The notes under the pieces were generated by a model. That model saw only the letters and a list, made by a program, of their open reading frames with translations, was not told the DNA's origin and did no database searches. Position numbers and translations under genes: made by a program. From the NCBI RefSeq assembly GCF_018977255.1, contig NW_024704743.1, positions 76,322,001 through 76,386,000 of the forward strand: a DNA stretch of 64,000 nucleotides, written 5' to 3'. This stretch comes from Callorhinchus milii (Eukaryota). Shown here piece after piece: positions 58,818-64,000 of the stretch (position 1 is its first letter; the number at the start of each line of letters is the position of its first letter).

Positions 58818-60714
58818 GTTTGATACCATGTGTGGCCCAGGAACAGCTTCAAGCCAATTTGACCATCTCAGTTGGCTCGTCTTCCTGTGGGAAAGATCCA
58901 AACCCGTTTGCACCAATTAGAGCCGTTTTGCGGTTGTTTCCTCCTCCCCTCAGAGCGTAATACTCGAAGCTTTACTTTCTCTTTGCCATTTATTCATTAT
59001 TCTAAGAACTTGGACCATTTGATAGCAACTTGTTCCCTTAGGATTTGACCTCCTAATCTTGTTTTACACTGGGGGGGGGGGGGGTCGGAGGACAGTCAGA
59101 GGTTCTGTCTTTGGGGTGAGATGATTTACCGAGTTCCCTTGCCTCATTCAGGTGGACACTAGAAATATTATAACACTATCAAAAAAGCTTTTCTCACCGC
59201 CCTGACCAAACTTCCCCATTAGGTACTGCTGTTTTCGGGAACTTGCTGGTGCTAATGGGTTTGAGTTTGCCTACAAAGGCAGCCACTACACACTGACCAA
59301 CAGTTACTTATGAAGGGATTAGATACATAGCAACATGATATGGAAGTTATACTCTGACCAGTCCAGCAGCAGATTGACAACAATTAATACCAAGAGCTAT
59401 TGATAGAAACATTTTGATTCTACAGAGGATTTGGTGTTGATATAATTTTCAGATCTCAGTTTGCTAAACCTCACACACACTTGGAGACACCAACCATATT
59501 GACCTACTGTCAGAGTGAAATTCCTTTAGACTTTCGTCACAAATGTTAATACAGCAAATGTTTTACCTCTTTCAAACGCCCCCTCCTGCCCTCTACAACT
59601 GATACAATTCAAGCTGGGGGGGGGGGGTCACGTCATCATCAATTCTCACATTATCTTACTCTCTCGTATTCTTTTGAACCTTACTAGTGCTGTAGATCTC
59701 ATCCTAAATGAACGTAAAAATGGAAACTATATGAGGGATCCGGAAGATGACTGTTACAGATTATTAATTTGTGATTATGTGTTGCAAATTTTGTTCAACA
59801 GAACATCTTTGATATTGTAATTCCTGTTTTAATCAACTTTTCTATGAATTATTTTACACCCATTCCCTCTACTTATTTTTCTTTGGAGCACTTGGAACTT
59901 GTTGACTGGTTTAAAAATGTGTGTCTTTTTGGTCAGTTCGCCCTCTGCTCGAAATCTGCCTCCGTTAAGCAGAGCTGCGACAGAAAGGTGGAAAGGCTTT
60001 TATAAACTTGCACCAAACAAAAGATTTAAAGGCATATTTACTTTTAATTTTTTATACTTGGACCTTTTACGAGAAAATAGATTAACAGAACATACCAGGA
60101 AGTGCATAGTGACTTGGCCAGTCTTGATCTGTGGCATAAGTTATAAAATCACAGAATGTTACAGCATAGAAACACACCAATTAGCTCACTAAGGCTGCAC
60201 TGGTGTTTTGCTCTATATTAAGGCACTTATTCTAATCGCACTCTCCTGCTCACTGCACATACTCCTGAATATTTCTCTTTTTCCAGGCTTGACTTTTTTT
60301 AAACGTAATATGGGATATGCTTCAACTGTGGTTCATGGAAGATCATGTTACATGCCAACCACCCTCTGTGTAAAGGGAATAATGTTGTGATGTTTAAAGC
60401 GTTACTTGAGTTACTTTACGTCTATATACACGACCACAAGGTGGCAGCACACCCAACACAGTAAGCGGATTGTGCTCCTTCAGACCAGATATCCACTATC
60501 TCTATATTAGTGAAATGAAAGTAAATTGTAGGACTCAGAGTAATCACATGTTGGCTTATGAGTTATTTTGTATTGTTGATCTGCTGAGGAGCGGCGAATT
60601 CTGCGCTATGCGGTGATAGTCATGATTCAAGGATTCAGAATCAACATTCAACATTGGCACATCCGAAACCAGGCCTCAGTGAATGGGAGATGGATTCCAT
60701 GCAGCAATTTGGTG

Positions 60715-60985
60715 AACGTATTTCTAGGTGGCAGCTGCATGTCTAATACAAGTTAAAACTCATCAGATTGAGAGTTCCATATATGTAGCCTCTTACACAC
60801 GGAAAGCTCTCCGAATGGAATAACAACTCTCTCCCTGGAAGGTCCCACTCTATTTTGTAATTCCAGAGAGTATTGGCCACAGTTTAATGAGCCAAAGCTT
60901 AATTATCTGTTGGGACATTGCTGCAGTTTAACTGGCTAAAACCGTGTAACTTGCCGTTTAAAGCACCTCCCAGCAAGCTTGCCCA
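60715..60985 (+). pseudogene. Inverted V relic (family R)
   Basis: Paralogous to 50385-50670. Confidence 0.45.
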
Positions 60986-61990
60986 ATGAGGACCATCCTA
61001 TTAGTCAGCGCTTTAGTTTGCAGAGTAAATAGGTGCTGAGTGGGAACCGTCCTTATTCCCAGTGAACCACTTCACACATTCAAGTTGTGCCGAAGTGTTG
61101 GCTGGCTGAGCGGTTATAGGCAGTGCCCGAGAACACTGTGATCTGCCCGGCTAAGGAAACTAGAGTCTTCTTCAGCTGAAACTCCCATTAGATCTGTTGA
61201 TATCCATCCCCCATTGGGCACAAAGAACCTCCTCCCAAAGAACACTCCTCTGGTTGGTATTTCAGCAGTTCCATAAACACGTTAGCTGTATCCAAGGACT
61301 GGAGAACAACACATTTGATGTTCAAAAATGGAGTGAGGCGTGTGCTTGACACATGTTACACATTCAATATGTAACTATCAGCCTGGTTCATTTGTTAGCA
61401 CTCTTGCCTCTGAATAAGAAGGTTGTGGGTTGAAGTGCCATATCACGATAGTCTGTGCTGACTAATTCGGTGCTGAATTGTTGGAGGTGCCGTCCTTCAG
61501 ATGAACCATTATCCCAAGATCCAGTTTGCTGTGTCCAGGTGGACAAGAAAGATCATAAGGCACTATTCAAAAAAACTGAAAGGAGTTTATCCCGGTGGAC
61601 TGGACTTTGTTTGGATTTAATCTTAAATATATTATATGCAGCCAATTGAAATTCAATCGTGTTGTTTCAAAGCTGGAATTATCCTATTTTGGAAACGATT
61701 ACGTTTTTCATGTTTTTAACTGAATTTTATTTATTTACACGCCCACCATGTGATTATTGTTGTGCAATCTACCAAAGGTGCAAAATGTCTGAGTGACTAA
61801 AATAAGGTCCCCCTTGATCGCATTCCCTCCTACTTAATACAATGAGCGCAAAGCCCGTTGTATAGTTCTCAGTTTCTGGACCACAACTGTCAGGATTGAC
61901 CAGACTGTGATCTCTCTGCTGCAGTTAACATTTTCTCCCTCAATACACTGAGACCCAACTGCAGCCGTGTTGGCTTCCGAGTGAAAGGCA

Positions 61991-62029
61991 AGTTTTTGTA
62001 CGATCTCTTGTGTGTCTGCAGCTGCTGTG
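61991..62029 (-). other. 23-RSS of V15
   Basis: CACAGCA-23-ACAAAAACT. Confidence 0.93.
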
Positions 62030-62470
62030 TGAATCCCAGACACCACAATAATAAATGCCACTGTCATCCGAGGTGGGTCTTATGATTATGAGAGTGCACG
62101 AGTCCCCACTTTTATCAGCAGAAAAACGCGAAAAATCAGGCGATATATCTGTCTTATCTTCTGAGTGGTAATAGAGGATCCATTGCAGTCCCTTCCCGGG
62201 AGTTTCACGGTACCAGTGAACGTAGTCATTGCCAATATTATTCTTTGTACAGGTAATCCTCGCTACCTTTCCTAATTTGACGATCATGGATCTGGGCTGT
62301 GACAAGGTAAAGCCATCACAGCCAACTGGAAAGACAAAAACAATCATTAGGTTATTTTACTCTCTTTCTCTCTCTCGCTCTCTGATAATCTGATGGTTAC
62401 TGAATGGCATTCAGATAAACTTACGCGACAGCAAGACGGTCAGTACACAGACACAGCCTGTCCTCAGCAT
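62030..62470 (-). CDS. TRGV: TRGV V15, family C (intact; leader 62470-62425, V exon 62325-62030)
   Basis: ..NDYVHWYRE..YYHSEDKTDISPDFSRF..YYCGVWDS; shares a one-codon deletion with V9 (296-nt exon vs 299). Confidence 0.94.
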
Positions 62471-64000
62471 GTTTGATACCATGTGTGGCCCAGGAACAGC
62501 TTCAAGCCAATTTGACCATCTCAGTTGGCTCGTCTTCCTGTGGGAAAGATCCAAACCCGTTTGCACCAATTAGAGCCGTTTTGCGGTTGTTTCCTCCTCC
62601 CCTCAGAGCGTAATACTCGAAGCTTTACTTTGTCGCTTTGCCATTTATTCATTATTCTAATAACTTGGATCATTTGATAGAACTTTACTCCCACAGGATT
62701 TGAGCTCCTAATCTTGTTTTGCAATGGGGGAACAGAGCACGGTCAGAGGTACTGTCTTTGGGGGTGAGATGTTCAATCGATGTCCCATTGCCTCATTCAG
62801 GTTGCCACTAGAAATATTATGACACTTTCAATAACAAAGCTTTTCTCTCTGCCCTGGCCAAGATTGCTCTTTGTGTTCGGGAACTTGCTGGTGCAAATGG
62901 GTTTGAGTTTGCCTACAAAGGCAGCCACTGCACACTGAACAACAGTTATTTATGAAGGCAATATGTGCAAAGCATTATGATATGGAAGTTATTCCCTGAC
63001 CAGTCCAGCAGCAGATTGACATCAAATCATACCAAGAGCTATTGATGGAAACATATTTATTTGACAGAGGATTTGGGATTGATATAATTTTCGTTGATAT
63101 CAGTTTGGGAAACCTCACACACACACTTGGGGACACCAACCAAACTGACCTACTGTCAGAGTGAAATTCCATTAGACATTAGTCACAAATGTTAATACAG
63201 CAAATGTTTTACCTCTTTCAAACGCCCCCTCCTGCCCTCTGCAACTGATACAATTCAAGCTTGGGAGGGGGGGGTCACATAATCATCAACTCTCACATTA
63301 TCTTACTCTCTCCTATTCCTTTCAACCTTAGTAGTACCGTAGATCTCATCTTATATGAACGTATGTCAATAAAAATGGAAACTATATGAGGGACCCAGAA
63401 AATTATTATTACAGCTTGTTAATTCGTGATTATTTGTTGCAAATTCTGTTCAACAGAACGTCTTTGATGTTGTAATTCCTGTTTTAATCAGCGTTTCTAT
63501 GACTTGCTTTACACCCATTCCCTTTACTTATTTTTCTTTGCAGAACTGAGAACTTGTTGACTGGTTTAAATATGTGTGTCTTTATAGTCAGTTCGCCCTC
63601 TGCTCGAAATCTGCCTCCGTTAAGCAGAGCTGCGACAGGAAGGTGGAAAGGCTTTCATAGACTTGCACCAAGCAAAAGATTTAAAGGCATACTTACTTGT
63701 AATTTTTTATACTTGGACCTTTTACGAGGAAATCGATTAACTGAACATACCAGGAAGTGCATAGTGACTTGGCCAGTCTTGATCTGTGGCATAAGTTATA
63801 GAATCACAGAATGTGACAGCATAGAAACACACCAATTAGCTCACTAAGGCTGCACTGGTGTTTTGCTCTATATTAAGGCACTTATTCTAATCGCACTCTC
63901 CTGCTCACTGAACATACGCCTCAATATTTCCTTTTTTCCAGGCTTGACTTTTTTTAAGCATAATATGGGCTGTGCTTCAACTATGGTTTATGGCAGATCA

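Larger units (their letters stand above)
34360..64000 (-). repeat. Tandem segmental duplication array of V cassettes (A-B-C triplets, then C monomers)
   Basis: 35090-35700 is almost identical to 51960-52570 and 36560-36960 to 53130-53520; C-unit spacing is 3621 (V8-V9), 4249 (V13-V14) and 3646 (V14-V15). Confidence 0.92.

Noticed and set aside
59899-60192. Recurrent 71-97 aa ORF (40241, 55624, 59899, 63554)
   Set aside because: Mostly non-ATG starts, variable length, many amino-acid changes between close copies, and it ends in a CR1-tail-like sequence; a passenger of the duplication.
1-64000. Alternative locus identity (Ig light/heavy, TRD, TRA/TRB, NAR-TCR) and presence of D/J/C segments
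   Set aside because: HWY and YYCxxW motifs, uniform 23-RSS and a translocon V array fit TRG best; no FGXG J, flanked D or C exon was found. A phylogenetic check is still advisable.

Overview
This is vertebrate genomic DNA, very probably from a cartilaginous fish; the DeuSINE/L2/CR1/Penelope content suggests a chimaera-like genome (inference). The window is the V-gene array of a T-cell receptor gamma (TRG) locus. I read 15 minus-strand V gene segments (local labels V1-V15, left to right). All have a 40-46 nt leader exon (disrupted in V10), a short phase-1 intron and a V exon; fourteen carry a 23-bp-spacer RSS and V12 has lost its 3' end. Eleven are intact. V2 is open but lacks Cys104, V11 has a 1-nt leader frameshift, V10 is split by a nested CR1 insertion, and V12 is truncated. 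V1-V5 are divergent single-copy families. From about 34.3 kb onward three families (A, B, C) have expanded by tandem duplication of an A-B-C cassette and then a 3.6-4.2 kb C monomer, leaving mosaic genes and deletion scars. No J, D or C segment is visible; these would lie toward or beyond coordinate 1. Less obvious signals: a family of decayed V relics, mostly inverted, carried between functional genes; a second nonamer-like motif inside several 23-RSS spacers; an extra conserved FR3 cysteine; conserved CCAAT-RUNX and ETS-CCAAT promoter modules; and two minimal hammerhead-ribozyme motifs in Penelope remnants. Most short ORFs in the supplied track are repeat-derived or antisense noise.
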